63,806 nt of DNA, filler included, from Licmophora abbreviata (GCA_900291995.1; 11 parts of 11 records of this genome joined end to end with filler, not necessarily neighbours in it), one strand, 5' to 3'; positions 34,634 through 47,370 are shown, numbered from the whole stretch's first letter. A program made the numbers and translations. Notes: a model not told the origin generated them from the letters alone.

Positions 34634-35883
34634 TCATCTCGTAGGTGAAGACTTGCAGACCAGTATGGATAAACAGTCCGCTTTCAGCTCGAAAGTAGAA
34701 AGCTCCACGCAGTTGATGCTTGAAAAGATATCTTGAAGGCCACCATAAAACTCATCGTGTGCCCTCTTCCCTCTCTGCTGATAGGAGAACACAACTTCCA
34801 ATGGTGTCTTGGCTTCCTTCAAATACCTACTGATCGTGCTTAGAAGTGGGGCGACCAATTCTTCAATCCAAACGCAGTCGGCCACAAGGATGACGTCCGC
34901 CTGCCAAGGATGAACGGCGGTATCGGCAGCAGCAATCGATGCGCCAAGCTCTGCCATCGTTGGAGGATTGAACCAGTCACAGCTTCGACACTTGACTTGC
35001 TCACATCCTCTTTCAAAAACCTCGTTCCTATGCCGATCGACGTTCTCCAGCATCAGAGGCAGCGCGTAGGGCAAGTCTGTCAGGATCGTGTGCGCAGCTC
35101 CCAATAAACCCGCAGCAATTCCGACCAAGCCACACCCGGCCCCGAGCTCTAAGACGCGCCGTGATCGCACCTATCATTGATGTGAAAGCGATGAGAGACG
35201 CAGATCATTGTTAGAGAACTATACGATAGAGAAGGGTCCAAGTAAAGGGCATGTGCGCTCTGACGCTCTTACTGCCTACGCTCACCATCTCTGGTTGGTA
35301 TTCGAGGTACTTCGCCCTGTATCACATGTGTCCGAGAAGGGAGGAACAGATGGCAGGATATCAGCAAACTAGCACCCCATGTTTTAACAGCAGGTTAACC
35401 AGTGATCTTCCATCGCACGTACAGAAGTATAGCGCCATCCCATACGTTCAAACCTGTCCCGGCACCCGCGATGTTGAACCTTTCTTTCACTAGCACTAGT
35501 TTGCCGGCAAGCTTGATTCCCTTGGCCGCATCGTATGGAATAAAGCGGCCCATTAGAGCAAGTCGACCGCCTTGCTCGCTCGTATCTTCAATAGAAATAG
35601 AGCATCGCACTCGTTTGCCAAAGATCACTGTAACGTCTTCTTCTTTCAATTCGGGGCTCGAAAGCGAAACGAACTCGCACCGGCTGCTATCATAGATTTC
35701 AACAGTCAGCTTGGCTTGACTTGTGACATCATCATAACCTACTTGGCGAAGGAGTTCAGAACGAAGAAGTTCGCCCGTTATCTTTCCCTCTGAGATGATC
35801 CGCGTCCTTACTTTCCGTCGCTCAGTGGTTCTTCCGTCGCAGCTAGGGAACTCAACCACGCCTACGATTTCCTTCTCCTCCAT
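34634..35883 (-). CDS. METTL21/EEF1A-type lysine methyltransferase (Methyltransf_16-like), 3 exons
   Basis: GTGLNVWDGAILL|AKYLE, RVLELGAGCGLVGIAA, ILTD, CDW, DVILVADCVW. Confidence 0.9.
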
Positions 35884-36031
35884 CTTTGTACAGTCTTCTG
35901 TCTTCCTTCTGGAGTTAGGCCATCCTTTGTGTCAATCTCGCTTTGTCGCCATCATCATCAGTACGGTGGACTAGTAGTCGCACCTCAGCACTCGCCTGAG
36001 CTTCTGAGCTACTGGAGTAATAGTCACTGTC

Positions 36032-36131
36032 NNNNNNNNNNNNNNNNNNNNNNNNNNNNNNNNNNNNNNNNNNNNTTAATTAATTAANNNNNNNNNNNNN
36101 NNNNNNNNNNNNNNNNNNNNNNNNNNNNNNN
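36032..36131. other. Artificial scaffold spacer
   Basis: N-linker-N. Confidence 0.99.
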
Positions 36132-36342
36132 CATCATCGCGAGTGTATACGAGGATGCGCGTCAGGCGGATCGCGGCCAGGCTGTAATATAGTGCGTCAC
36201 ATTCCGAATGACGAAGACGTTGCTAGACCTACACAGGACACGATTCTTAATTTGTCAGTGCTCTTCAATCTGCTAACATCTCCATGGTTAGCTTAAAGAC
36301 AGCTGTGTCAAAAGAGACTTCTCGTACTCACTGGTAGCTACC

Positions 36343-38320
36343 CTAGTAGACTTTAGTAAGTCTGTCAACTAGATCTGCCTTGTTTCCACTCACAGGCAAT
36401 CCGGCGTCACGGAGTCGATCTTTCAATTCGACAACTGTCAGAGAGGTATAGTCCACAATCTCACTTTCCGACTGTTCGTTGCTACTACCGTCGTCCTCTA
36501 AGATTGCTTCCAGCTCTGCATCGATGTCGAGGTCAGATGGCTCGTTCTGGACATTGGATTGATTCCCATTCGCGGCATAGCCTTCGTCAGGACCGTCAAC
36601 TCTCCACTCTCGTGTTCGATCGTCGACAAGCACTGCATACTCTTCTCGAAGCTCGTCACGGATAGTGTCAGCTACATCGTAGTCACGGTTCTGCTTTGCC
36701 TCCATGCGCCGTGCCAGACTCTCCTGGATGTACGATACCGTGTCTGGGTCCAACGATGGACTTCCAACTGGAACGTACTCATCACTGAGCACCCTCCACT
36801 CAAACGAAAAGTCGTCGATACTAAGCGAGTACGTTTCACGCAGCTCATCTCGAATAGAATCCGCCAAGTCAAAATTCCTCCCTTTCTTTGCTTCCGTCCG
36901 CTCGGATAGCATCGACGTGATGGTGGAAACATCTTCGTCCGATAGGTCTCCGCCGCCCCTACGGACCCACTCTTTGGAAGGCGGACCCTGACTTCGCCCA
37001 AACTCACCTCCGACCGACCATTGCCGACGCTTATCGTCCAGCTCAACATTCCAGTCTTCTCGAAGCTCATCTTGTAGATCGTCTGCAACTTCGTAGTCTC
37101 TCTTTTTTCTAGCAGCCGCGCGGAGTGACATCAGATTCAAGACCGTCTTCGTATCCTCCGGCGAAAGAGATTCCGAGAACTCGGACTGAGAATAGTCTCT
37201 CGATGCTCCTTCACGCCCATCTCGTTCCGATAGGTCGGCAAAGGGCTCGCCGTCAGCCCTCCAAACTTTTCGCCTGTCATGAATAAAGACGCCGTTGCTG
37301 ATGAGCTCTGCCTGGATACTATCCGCCTGCGCAAATCTCCGATTCATCTTGCACTGAAGTCGTTCAGCAATGAGACTGTGAATCTCATCCTCTGGAAGAG
37401 TCGATGTGATTGGCCCGGCGTCCGGGGCTGGGTAGTAATCGTGTCCGTGGGGACCGAAATCAGTACGTGACCCGCGTTGCCGACCTGGCTTGCTAGAGGG
37501 AGAGTTTCCCGTGTAGTGGTCGCCAAAGGGTACACCATCGGCACGCCACTCCTTGCGTCCATCGTGCAGAAAGACCCCATCGTCTGCAAGGTCGGCTTGA
37601 ATCTGATCCGCGTTTCTAAAATCACGAGAGAGTTTGCATTGAAGCCGCTCCGCGATACGTTTGTGTATCTCTTCGTCCGACAGGGATGATCCGGAGGAAC
37701 CAGCATCCTGAGACTCCGAATAGTCATGTCCAAGAGGTCCAAAGTCTCTGACCCTCTGCGGTTTACGACGATTCTGCGATGGCCTTCGCATGCCGCTGCC
37801 GCTCTTGCTACACCCGCTCCTCCATGTCTTTTCTCTATCCCAGACCATGACGCCATAGTTTTGGATCAAATCGTCTCGAATATCATCAGCGACGTCAAAC
37901 TGACCGGTCTTTCTAGCTTGCAGACGCTCGGAAAGAAGCGCATCGACTGCATCCACGTCAATATTGCTGTTGTCCGACGATGTGTCGCGTACGTAGTCGT
38001 GACTACCACCAGTAGAACCTTGTGTTCTACCACGCCTACCGTTGGACATTGCATTGTCAGCCTTGTCCTCCCACTCGGATGGATCGAAATCAGCATACCA
38101 GTCATCATAGTCATCACCTTTTTGCTCGTCCTTGGAGGAGGTGCTGCTGCCCAGTGTCCGTCAGCAAGCGAGCAGAAGAAGTATCATGAAGCCGCCGGTA
38201 GGACAAGTAGTCGTGATGGAAAGTCAGGGAGTTTGAAATGCCGAACGAAGAGACACATCGTGCACTGGTGACCAGGAGTACCGCTACTATGAGCTCGATG
38301 CTGGTAAAAGGAAACGTCAT
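36343..38320 (-). CDS. Protein with six tandem CysRS C-terminal (anticodon-binding)-like repeats and a C-terminal SAP domain; probably plastid-targeted; apparent frameshift ~38115-38170
   Basis: Repeat consensus I..L+.ER..A+..R.F..AD.I.D.L...GV.+.D....WR; SAP YTSLTVVELKDRLRDAGLPVSGNKADLVDRL; the upstream frame gives MTFPFTSIELIVAVLLVTSARCVSS-FG. Confidence 0.8.
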
Positions 38321-38783
38321 CTTTCCAACGGCAGCGACGAGGTACTGTGCACTGTTCAGGTGAGTCCGATGCGATGATGTGCGATGTGATGTTTGATGTG
38401 ATCCGCACAATCTTTTCTGCAAAAGTTTGGCGCGAAATCCGCAGTCAGATTTGGTGTGGGTGGCTCTCGCATTTGGGTTATGAGTTTCTTGCTTCGCGCG
38501 TTTTCTCGTAGCTCAAAAATTACGGGGTTCACAAGGCGAAGTCTTTAGTAGTCATTCGGAAAGAGTAGTTCGTTTCCATTCTCAATTTCAGGAACCCGGT
38601 TCCCTTTTCGGTTTGGGTTTGTCGTTATTCGAGATGGTATCGAACGATGCTGCTGGTAATAAAGCAGAGTAAAGTCATTGAAGCGAGGTCATCGAGAGTC
38701 AAAAAGGCCGGCCGTTGCTTGGGGATTGGACTCAAAAGAGTTGAGAGAGTTATCAGGTCTTTGGATCCGTCGATCGTTCAAGG

Positions 38784-39917
38784 ATGGTAAACTCTGCAAC
38801 AGTCTGCCAGAAGTCGGCCAAGCAGATTAGTCTTGCTGTGTTGGTTGTTCAGAATGTCAGCATCGTCCTCATGATGGGATACTCGAAGACGGTGAGGAAC
38901 TCTGGCTACATTTCCTCTACAGCTGTTCTCACTGCTGAACTGCTGAAGCTACTAATCAACACTGTCATTGAGTCCGTGCGGACTGGAGCGAGCAAGGGAT
39001 CCTTTTCTTCTCAACTTTGGAACTTGGAGACATTCAAATTGGCGGTGCCAGCACTGCTGTATGTCATCCAAAACAACCTCACCTTCCTGGCTCTCGGAAA
39101 CTTGTCAGTGCCTATGTACCAAGTGACTGCTCAAGGGAGGATTCTTACTACGGCTGCTCTCAGTCGTCTGCTCCTCAATAAGAAAATTTCATCCATGCAG
39201 TACGTGTCCCTTGTCCTCCTAGCGTCTGGCGTCGCGGTCATTCAGTTCGCAGCACTGGACAAGTCCACGTTGGAGGATTCTAAAGATACTGACCAAAGCA
39301 CCATGCTAGGTCTCGTTGCTGTGCTCATTTGCTGCTTCACTTCCAGCTTGGCGGGAGTCTACTTTGAGAAAATGGTCAAAAAGTCAAATGATGTGTCGGT
39401 GTACATGCGCAATATACAATTGTCTTCCTGGAGTATTCTGCTGGGTTCCTTCACTGTATTCTTCCACGACTTTGATAACGTCAAGGAGAATGGCTTCTTC
39501 CACGGCTACGATGGACTCGTCTTGGCAATCGTGGTGAACCAGGCCGTCAGCGGACTTACGATTTCACTCGTCATGAAGTACGCTGACAATATCCTCAAGG
39601 GATTCGCAACATCCATCTCGATATTCATTTCCTCAGGCTTGTCGTGGTGGATCATGGATGCACAGCTGGACACGTCGTTTGGGGCAGGGGCTTCCATTGT
39701 TGCCGTCTCAGTTTGGATGTATGCAAAGTTTTCTCCGATGAAGACGAATGCAAACGTGAACCTGGACCAAGCCCCTAAAGGAAACTCGCCGACACTTATG
39801 CTATCGCTGATGGCTGTTCTCGCATTTTGTTTTGTATGCGGATGCATTGCATTCTATGCTCAACTAAGAGAAGGAACCTTTTCGAATGTCAAGTCCATGG
39901 TCAGAAAAGGAGTATAG
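38784..39917 (+). CDS. Nucleotide-sugar transporter (SLC35A, UDP-Gal/UDP-GlcNAc type)
   Basis: STAVLTAELLK, AVPALLYVIQNNL, YQVTAQGRILTTA, SLAGVYFEKMVK, RNIQL, VMKYADNILKGFATS. Confidence 0.95.
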   Translation: MVNSATVCQKSAKQISLAVLVVQNVSIVLMMGYSKTVRNSGYISSTAVLTAELLKLLINTVIESVRTGASKGSFSSQLWNLETFKLAVPALLYVIQNNLTFLALGNLSVPMYQVTAQGRILTTAALSRLLLNKKISSMQYVSLVLLASGVAVIQFAALDKSTLEDSKDTDQSTMLGLVAVLICCFTSSLAGVYFEKMVKKSNDVSVYMRNIQLSSWSILLGSFTVFFHDFDNVKENGFFHGYDGLVLAIVVNQAVSGLTISLVMKYADNILKGFATSISIFISSGLSWWIMDAQLDTSFGAGASIVAVSVWMYAKFSPMKTNANVNLDQAPKGNSPTLMLSLMAVLAFCFVCGCIAFYAQLREGTFSNVKSMVRKGV

Positions 39918-40161
39918 ATGACAGTGCAAGCGGCAGAAACATTCTCGATTTTGAAAACCTGAGAATGAAATTCGCTAGCTTTAGTTCAATGATGTTTACT
40001 ATGAGTCACCGGCTCGTCATTGTGTATTCAATAGCGTAGTTGCTATGCTGCATTATCTACCACAGTACGTGGTGCAGGCTCGTACCAGAGGTTCCGACCT
40101 ATGATAGCTGAAGCAATAGAAGGGATTTACAACTACCCTACCCTCACTGCTCCGAAAAAAG

Positions 40162-41529
40162 CTAGTCGACTTCTCGCACGACGGTCTTCTGTCTCGCGCT
40201 CTGGAACTCGACAGTACCCGGTTTGGAATGCTTGACGCGATTCGCCTGCTTCCGATCGGCACTTTCCTTTTGAATTTGAACAATAGCAGTCTGCTTTTTA
40301 ATGACCTTTGGAATCTTTCGGGATTTTGATATTCTTCTGACTTCCGGGAGGTGCTGATACTTTTGTACAAGTGTCTGGCGATATTGCAGTGATGCCTCTT
40401 CGCGTGCAGTACGCTGTCCCAGTTGTTCACTAGCTCGCGCTTTCCATAGTCGCAAATTGGTATCGTCACTTCCCGATATGATAAACTTATGATCCAACGT
40501 ATAGTGCACAGTAAAGACTCTCTGCATCCGCTTCGAGTGGTAAACATCTCGGGACGCGCCCTTGTGATTTTCGAACATGCGCAAGGTCCGATCGTAGGAT
40601 CCAGTAACAAACTCACGTCCTGTTGGCGACCAGCTGACACATAGAATGGCACCCATGTGACCCTTGAAAATGCGAGTTGGTTGATTCAACTTTCGCATAT
40701 CGAAAGAATACGCATTGTGATCTTCGTTTCCCACGACAAAGTTCATTGGTTCCATTGGGTTCCACTCGAGGCAATTGGAGCGCATCTGCAAAACAGTTTT
40801 GTTCAGTGCCGCACCAGCTCGTGTGTCGTGAAGACCAATGCCTCGGTCCGCAGAACAGTGAGCTAGTAAATTTCGCTCGGCAGGGTTGAATCGAACGACG
40901 TTGACAGTGTCGTCGCTACCAAACAAATCAGAGTGTTTCTGAATGGGACTACTCCTAGTGGGACTCCAGATACAGACACTCTCGTCGGAGGCTGTTGCGA
41001 ACAAGTCATCGTGCCAATGGTGATCTATCGACTTGAAGGACCCCGAAGTTCTCCATGTTTCGAGGGGTGCATGAGTGCTCGTTCCAGTGTTCTCATCTCG
41101 ACTGCCGTGAACTGACCACAGCTTCACCAAACCGTCATCACTGCAGCTGTAGAATCGTTGACCTTCTCCATCAAAGACAAGGCCTGTAATGAGCCTCGAA
41201 TGTCCTCCAGTCAGCGAGGCAACACGCGATCGACTGGCCAAATCCCAAAGTCGAATCTCTCCGTCGGCAGCTCCCGACACAAAGGGCACAAGCGAGGTTC
41301 GGGACGTGGCAGAAGCTGTCACACCATCCATATGACCTTCTCCGAGGCTCCCAACAAATGGTTTGGCAAACATGCGATCCAATTTCGCTCCTGTGACGGC
41401 GCGGGTGTATTCACGGGCGCGCTGCATGGGATGGGACGAGGGGTCGAGATTTCGAAACTGGCGACGCAAATCGCCAGAGCATTCCCGCTGTGTGGAAGCT
41501 GTCGAACGAGAAAGTGCCTTGACCTTCAT
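40162..41529 (-). CDS. SOF1: DCAF13/Sof1 (SSU processome WD40 protein)
   Basis: RNLDPSSHPMQRAREYTRAV, MFAKPF, WNPMEPMNFVVGNEDHNAYSFDMR, WSPTGREFVTGSYD, VYHSKRMQRVF, SGSDDTNLRLWKARASE. Confidence 0.96.
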   Translation of the reverse strand: MKVKALSRSTASTQRECSGDLRRQFRNLDPSSHPMQRAREYTRAVTGAKLDRMFAKPFVGSLGEGHMDGVTASATSRTSLVPFVSGAADGEIRLWDLASRSRVASLTGGHSRLITGLVFDGEGQRFYSCSDDGLVKLWSVHGSRDENTGTSTHAPLETWRTSGSFKSIDHHWHDDLFATASDESVCIWSPTRSSPIQKHSDLFGSDDTVNVVRFNPAERNLLAHCSADRGIGLHDTRAGAALNKTVLQMRSNCLEWNPMEPMNFVVGNEDHNAYSFDMRKLNQPTRIFKGHMGAILCVSWSPTGREFVTGSYDRTLRMFENHKGASRDVYHSKRMQRVFTVHYTLDHKFIISGSDDTNLRLWKARASEQLGQRTAREEASLQYRQTLVQKYQHLPEVRRISKSRKIPKVIKKQTAIVQIQKESADRKQANRVKHSKPGTVEFQSARQKTVVREVD

Positions 41530-41815
41530 TCGGAGTGTGAGCAATCAAGTATGTGAAGGGGGGCGATGTTGCTGTGGTGCACGATGAAGTTGTGAGTCAA
41601 GTCGTTGTATCGACTGATGCCCATCATGGAGGAAACTGAAAGGTGAGCGGGGCATGCACGGAACAAAACCGCGCCCTCACCAGCACTTTGAATGGCGAGC
41701 AGAGACCAGGTCATGAGCCATAATTTGCGACCTGGTGGTACGGACAGACAGCGCATTGGGTTTTGTCCAAGAGCCCCGGAAGCGCACTGAACATTGCACC
41801 TCCGCCGATCCGACG

Positions 41816-44225
41816 ATGGTGATGAAGGTGATGGTGCCCTCCAGGAGGCCTCTCTTGCGCCTCTTTGCATGGACACTCCTCTTGTGGGTCATCCCTTATG
41901 TTTTGGATGCGGTATCCTTGAACTTTGAGACAGAAATTAGCATGCAGGACGGACCGGGTAATCTAGACGAAGGCAGACGTCTGTTTCAGCTCCAAGACTA
42001 TGATCGTGCGGCCATGCACTTCTGGAGGGCCGTCCTGATGCAAATGACGTCTGGGGACGCGTACACTGTGGAAGAATGTTTTCCCCAGTTCATGAAATGC
42101 TTCTCTATTCAAGGAAACTGGCCGATGGATACGTCTATGTGGCACAAGAGAGTTTCGGCCGTGGCCAACTGGACATGGCCAAAATGTATGTCGACCAAGC
42201 TCTCATGGTCGATGCCAATCACGACGAAGCTTTGTTGCTTCAAAAGCAGATAGGAGTCGTGGATCCTGCTAGTGACGCGCTGGAGGGCGACTTCCAGGAG
42301 GATGAAGAGGACGACGAGCTGGCCGGGATGAGCCCTGAGGCTCTCTACGAACTCGGCACCAGACTGTTCGGGGACGAACGTGACTACGAGGGCTGTGCCG
42401 ATGTCTTTGAGCTTGCTTGCCAAAAGTCAAATCAGCGATTGGGTCCAGCTTGTTCCAATGCAGTCTACTGTCGCAACATGATTCTCGATTGGGGATTCAA
42501 TGGTACTCAGTTCGAACAGGACATGGATCGCATCGCTACCATTACCAAGCTGGAGACCAGTCAGTACCGACAAGTCAAACCAGACGGATCTTTTGTCTGG
42601 CAGCGAGCCACTTCTACCCACCCCCATATGATGCTTGGATACCCAGTAGATCCGATGCTAAAGCGATATGTCACGGAATCGGTGGCCATCATGGATGAGT
42701 TGATGGCGAGGGTCATGCCTGGAAACGGCGAACCACAAGTCCGGCCTCTTCCGGATGGTCTTCCTTTTGATCCCGTGGAAGATCGAGCGACTTGTATCTT
42801 TGACAAAGCCTCGGCAGCAGACTACAGAATCCGAGTCGGCTTTGTCGCTTCGGGCTTCAAGTCTAAAGCTGTCCTCTATCTGTCACACGACATGTTTCGC
42901 TTCTTTGACAAATCACGATTCGAAGTACACATATTCTCGATGGGACCACCTGACAATCCTTTATTTATCCAGCATGGAATGCGAGGCGTTGACTGGAGAG
43001 AGAGGGTTAAGGCAAATGTCGATCACTTTCACGACGTGGAGGCTTTGAAAATGGACCACATTGCCTTGGCTCGTTTCATTCATAACCAGAAAATACACAT
43101 TCTCATCGAATGGGATGGGTATGCTCGACAGGGAGAACGCGCTCAAGGCCTCTTTGCTCTTCGACCTGCACCAATTCAAATCTTGCATCAAGAATATCTT
43201 GGAACGAGCGGAGCACAGTATGTGGATTATCTCTTCACAGACAAAGTAACGTCGCCACCACACCTCGAGCACCTCTACACGGAAAAGTTCATTTACATGC
43301 CAAACCATTTCTTCTCCAAGGGTCATGCAGTTCAGAGAGAAGTTCGGGCGCCGACTTATGACTACCCGGACCAGGCAGATCCATATGAGGTTGGACGGGC
43401 AGTCCGCATGTGAATCGATGCCTAGCTCCTGATGGCGAAGGACCGCAGATGCCCTCCATTGTTTACTGCAATTTCAACAAGTTTCTGAAAAACAATCCCG
43501 AAACTGTCCGTAGCTGGATTCGTATCTTGCGTGAAGTTCCGGACTCGATGCTTTGCTTGCTGGAAAATCCAGATGTTGGAGTGCCATACCTTCGAAAGTT
43601 TGTCCATGAGGCCAGCGGAACGTCAAATAGCGATTCGGATGAGGAGAGCTTTGTTGAGGGGGATGGCGTCGAACTAAACTCTCGGATACACTTTCTCAAG
43701 TGGGAGGCGAATCCTTTTGACCATCAAATGAGAAATCAAGACTTCTGCAACGTCATGCTTGATTCATATCCTTACAATGGTCACACTGTCGCTCAGGATG
43801 CACTATATGGCGGTGTTCCAATCGTTACAAGGAGTGACGGCGATGACATGAGCTCGCGAGTAAGCACCTCCGCGAATGTCGTGTTGGGAATGGAGGAACT
43901 GAATGCGTACGACGGCCCACAGCAGTACGAAGACATCGCAATAGAGCTTGGCAGAAAACCGGCGAAACTTCAGGCACTGAGAACAAGGTTGATTGGGACT
44001 GCCCTCCAGAGGAATCCTATGCATGCTTACTGGGATGTGCCGCGCTATGTAAAGAGTTTCGAGAGCGGCTTGGCGATGGTATGGGAGCGCTACTTGTCAG
44101 GCGAGTCTCCAGATCACTTGACAATCGAGGAGACAGACGAGACAAAGCAGGGAACCAATGACGAAGTGCTTCTTGCGCATCCCCCCGGCGGGAAGCAATC
44201 AGTAACTCACTATGGTGAGCTCTAG
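41816..44225 (+). CDS. GT41 (OGT/SPINDLY-like) glycosyltransferase with TPR-like region and N-terminal signal peptide; two 1-nt frameshifts (~42116, ~43393)
   Basis: RIRVGFVASGF, FDKSRFEVHIFS, IHILIEWDGY, LFALRPAPIQI, YLGTSGAQYVDYLFTD, YCNFNKFLK, WIRILREVPDSML, LDSYPYNGHT, GVPIVT, SRVSTS. Confidence 0.9.
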
Positions 44226-44301
44226 GTTAGTGTCGACTTTCTCTGAACTCGGCAAGCACTACAAATATCCCCCTTACAGTGGAGACCACAGGTCTACTGA
44301 T

Positions 44302-47300
44302 CTAAGCGTTCATGGCCCCGATGAAATCACGACCGCCGGATTCAATCACATCGTACATCTTCCCCTCCATCGGCACAGCCTCGTCCCCTTCTGCGAACAG
44401 TCTCTCGCGATCCATGATCATGCTAAACTCCTCCTCGTCTATTTTGATGTTTTCGATGTCAGCGCCTTTCGCATGCAGGTCTTTGATATCATCCTCAAGC
44501 AAAGTCGTAAGAGTATTGAACGTCAACTCGCCTTTGGACCGGCTTCCCGCCTTGCGATAATCTCCCGCGGCAATAGCCATACGCTCCAACTTTCGTTTGG
44601 AGAGTGCTCTACTCATCATCATAATGTCCACCGAGTTCGCGGTCAACAACCGATAGACCGCTACCGGTCGGGTTTGTCCAATGCGATGGCATCGATCCTG
44701 GGCCTGAGAGTCTGAACAAACGAGGATAGAGAAGCACTCGCATTGAGTAAGCAAAATGTCGAGGATGACGATAGACGGTGACAGTCGAAGAGCCTACCTT
44801 GGAAAGGGTTCCAATCAGAGTCGAAAATGATACAGGTATCAGCGCAAGTCTGCAATAAACAAGAACGAGAAGCAGTTAGCTTGTGTCGGATTTCCAAAAT
44901 GTCCCAAGCAGCGGTGCCACTCGTACGGACTTACCAAGTTGATCCCCAGACCTCCAGCTCGTGTGCTCAACAGAAAGACAAAGTGGCGATCGTCGCTGTC
45001 GTTTCTTTTTCCATCCAGACCCGCCGTTTTCTCGGCGTTGAAGACGTCCATCTGACGCTGCCGTTCATCAATGTTGGTACTTCCGTCAATTCTGCAGTAA
45101 TTCCAGGTTCGAAACCTCAAGTAGTCCTCGATAATGTTCAGCACTGCAGTCATCTGGCTGAAGATAAGAACCTGGTGCTTGTTCTCGTGGAGGTGTTGCA
45201 GCATGCGATCGAGAAGGGCAAACTTCCCACTGGCGCGCACTAAGAGCTGTGGGTGAGCCGTACCGAGATGGATGCCACTCGCCGGATCGATTGGTTCTCC
45301 AAAGAGGAAAGGATGATTCACATTCTTCCGATGGTTCATCAGCTTGTTCGTCTGGCTCAACGTTCGTCCTTGCTCGATCCCCTGCTTGATGAGAGTATCG
45401 CGAAGGACTCCCTTTTCGATCAAGTCAGCATAACCAACCTGCAGTTTCGACATGCCGCTGTACACGACGACCTCTTTCTTGGGAGGCATATCGGAAAGAA
45501 CGTCAATCTGGTATAGCACAACAAGAGACGCTTAGAGAAGAGCCCCAAGGAGACACCACGACACAAACACACTTGACGGCCAGCTGAAATTTACCTTGAG
45601 ACGTCGCAAGAGAAAGGGGCGCAAGATCTCGTGAAGCTTGCTGATGGTCTTGTTCGCTCTCTGCTCCATAAGGATCGCCTCTTCCGACGTGGCACCCTGG
45701 CTCTTTTGCCCAATGTCTTTGAAGCCAAACCAGGATTGGAACACCGAAAGGTCGTCGAAGATCTGAGGATTGACGAAATTTAACAGACTCCAAAGCTCGT
45801 CCAAATTGTTTTGGATAGGTGTGCCACTGAGAAGCAGACGATTGGCAGCCTTCAAACGCTTGAGTGACGCAAGCAGCGTACAGCGATGGTTCTTCAAACG
45901 CTGACCTTCATCCACAATGAGGTACATGAACTCTCCGAGCCTCTCCAGCTTCGACTGGTCCTTGATTGCGACTTCGTATGATGTCACAATGAAGGGGNNN
46001 NNNNNNNNNNNNNNNNNNNNNNNNNNNNNNNNNNNNNNNNNTTAATTAATTAANNNNNNNNNNNNNNNNNNNNNNNNNNNNNNNNNNNNNNNNNNNNTCC
46101 TTGATTGCGACTTCGTATGATGTCACAATGAAGGGGAACGTAGAATGTCTACGCTCCTTCGGATTCAACGGTCCCTTGAGCATGGCATCGCGCTCGGCCT
46201 GGGTTCCGTGGTATCGAATGACTGGCCTCACAGGAAGCCACTTTTCGAATTCACGAACCCAATTGGGAAGCGTCGCCAGCGGGGCGACAACAAGAAAGGG
46301 TCCGCTGACGCCTTGCGTGAGGAGATGACCAATCAGAGCAATCACTTGGATCGTCTTGCCAAGCCCTAAAGAGACAGACGCACTCTATGAGGAGACTGAT
46401 CGACATGACTGGCAACGAATTTCAGACCCGGACGAACGTACCCATCTCATCAGCAAGTATGCCTGACACTCCGTTTTCAAACAACGAGGCCAACCAACGA
46501 ACTCCCTCGAGCTGGTAGTCTTTCAGCACACAGCCGTTCGAAAGATTGGAAGGTTGCACAAAGACTGGCTTGTTAGTAGCCACATGTCGGATCTCAGCAT
46601 CTTTGTCCTGAGCAGTTCTGAGAGCTGATTCGCCGTCCGCTTTCTTCTGTTTCTTCTTGGCCGCCTTCTCCTCCTTGCTCTTGCGCTTCTTGCTCTTCTT
46701 TTCTGCTGCGTCGAGAGTCTTGTGAGCACCCTCTGTCAAGTTCTTCTGGAGCTCCTCCAGGTCATCGGCGATGAATTTCGAGTACTCCGAGGCCTTGTTC
46801 AATAGGAAATCTAGTTGGTTGTTCTGTAGCAGCAGTGGGTCATAGAGGCGGGTGAGAAATGTCAGAGCAACGCGAATACCAATGCCACAAGAACAGATGC
46901 AATCGACAATCGAGCATCCAGGAGCAAGAAGCAATACGATTGGTACTTACACGCGCGTGAGCATGATGAGACGGGGAGACGACCGTTTCATCTTCGCCTT
47001 TCTTCTCTTCTTGAGCTTCTGCTTCCTGTCCGACCGGAGAAGGCTTGGTTGCTTCCTTTTCTTCTTCTGCTTCCGAGTCGTCCGCCTTGACTTCGCCCTT
47101 CTGAAGTGCGACCTGCAACAGTCTGGGAGCAGCCGTGATTTCCTTGGGCTGCGCGTGCGGATGAGCCGCTTCCTCGGCTTCCTCCTTTTCCTTTTCTTGT
47201 TCTATGGACACTAGGAGAGCCTCCTCGTCATCAACGTCGTCTGGTTCGACGCCCCCGCCTGCTGAAGAAGGATCAGCATTGGCTGCTGGCAGTCCTTCGT

Positions 47301-47370
47301 TGGGCACCGGCTGGTCACGACCGCTTTCCAAGGGGTTCTTCTCCTCCTTGGCCATCGCTGTCCCGCTCAT
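44302..47370 (-). CDS. DDM1: SNF2-family chromatin remodeller, DDM1/LSH (HELLS) subfamily; multi-exon, spans a spacer
   Basis: [127 protein letters not shown]-terminal [13 protein letters not shown]. Confidence 0.9.
45998..46097. other. Artificial scaffold spacer
   Basis: N-linker-N; flanks share an identical 39-nt overlap (45959-45997 = 46098-46136). Confidence 0.99.

Noticed and set aside
42110..43400. Programmed ribosomal frameshifting in GT41 (and in the GYF gene)
   Set aside because: Each shift is a one-base shortfall in a short homopolymer with no slippery heptamer or downstream structure; sequencing error is the simpler explanation.
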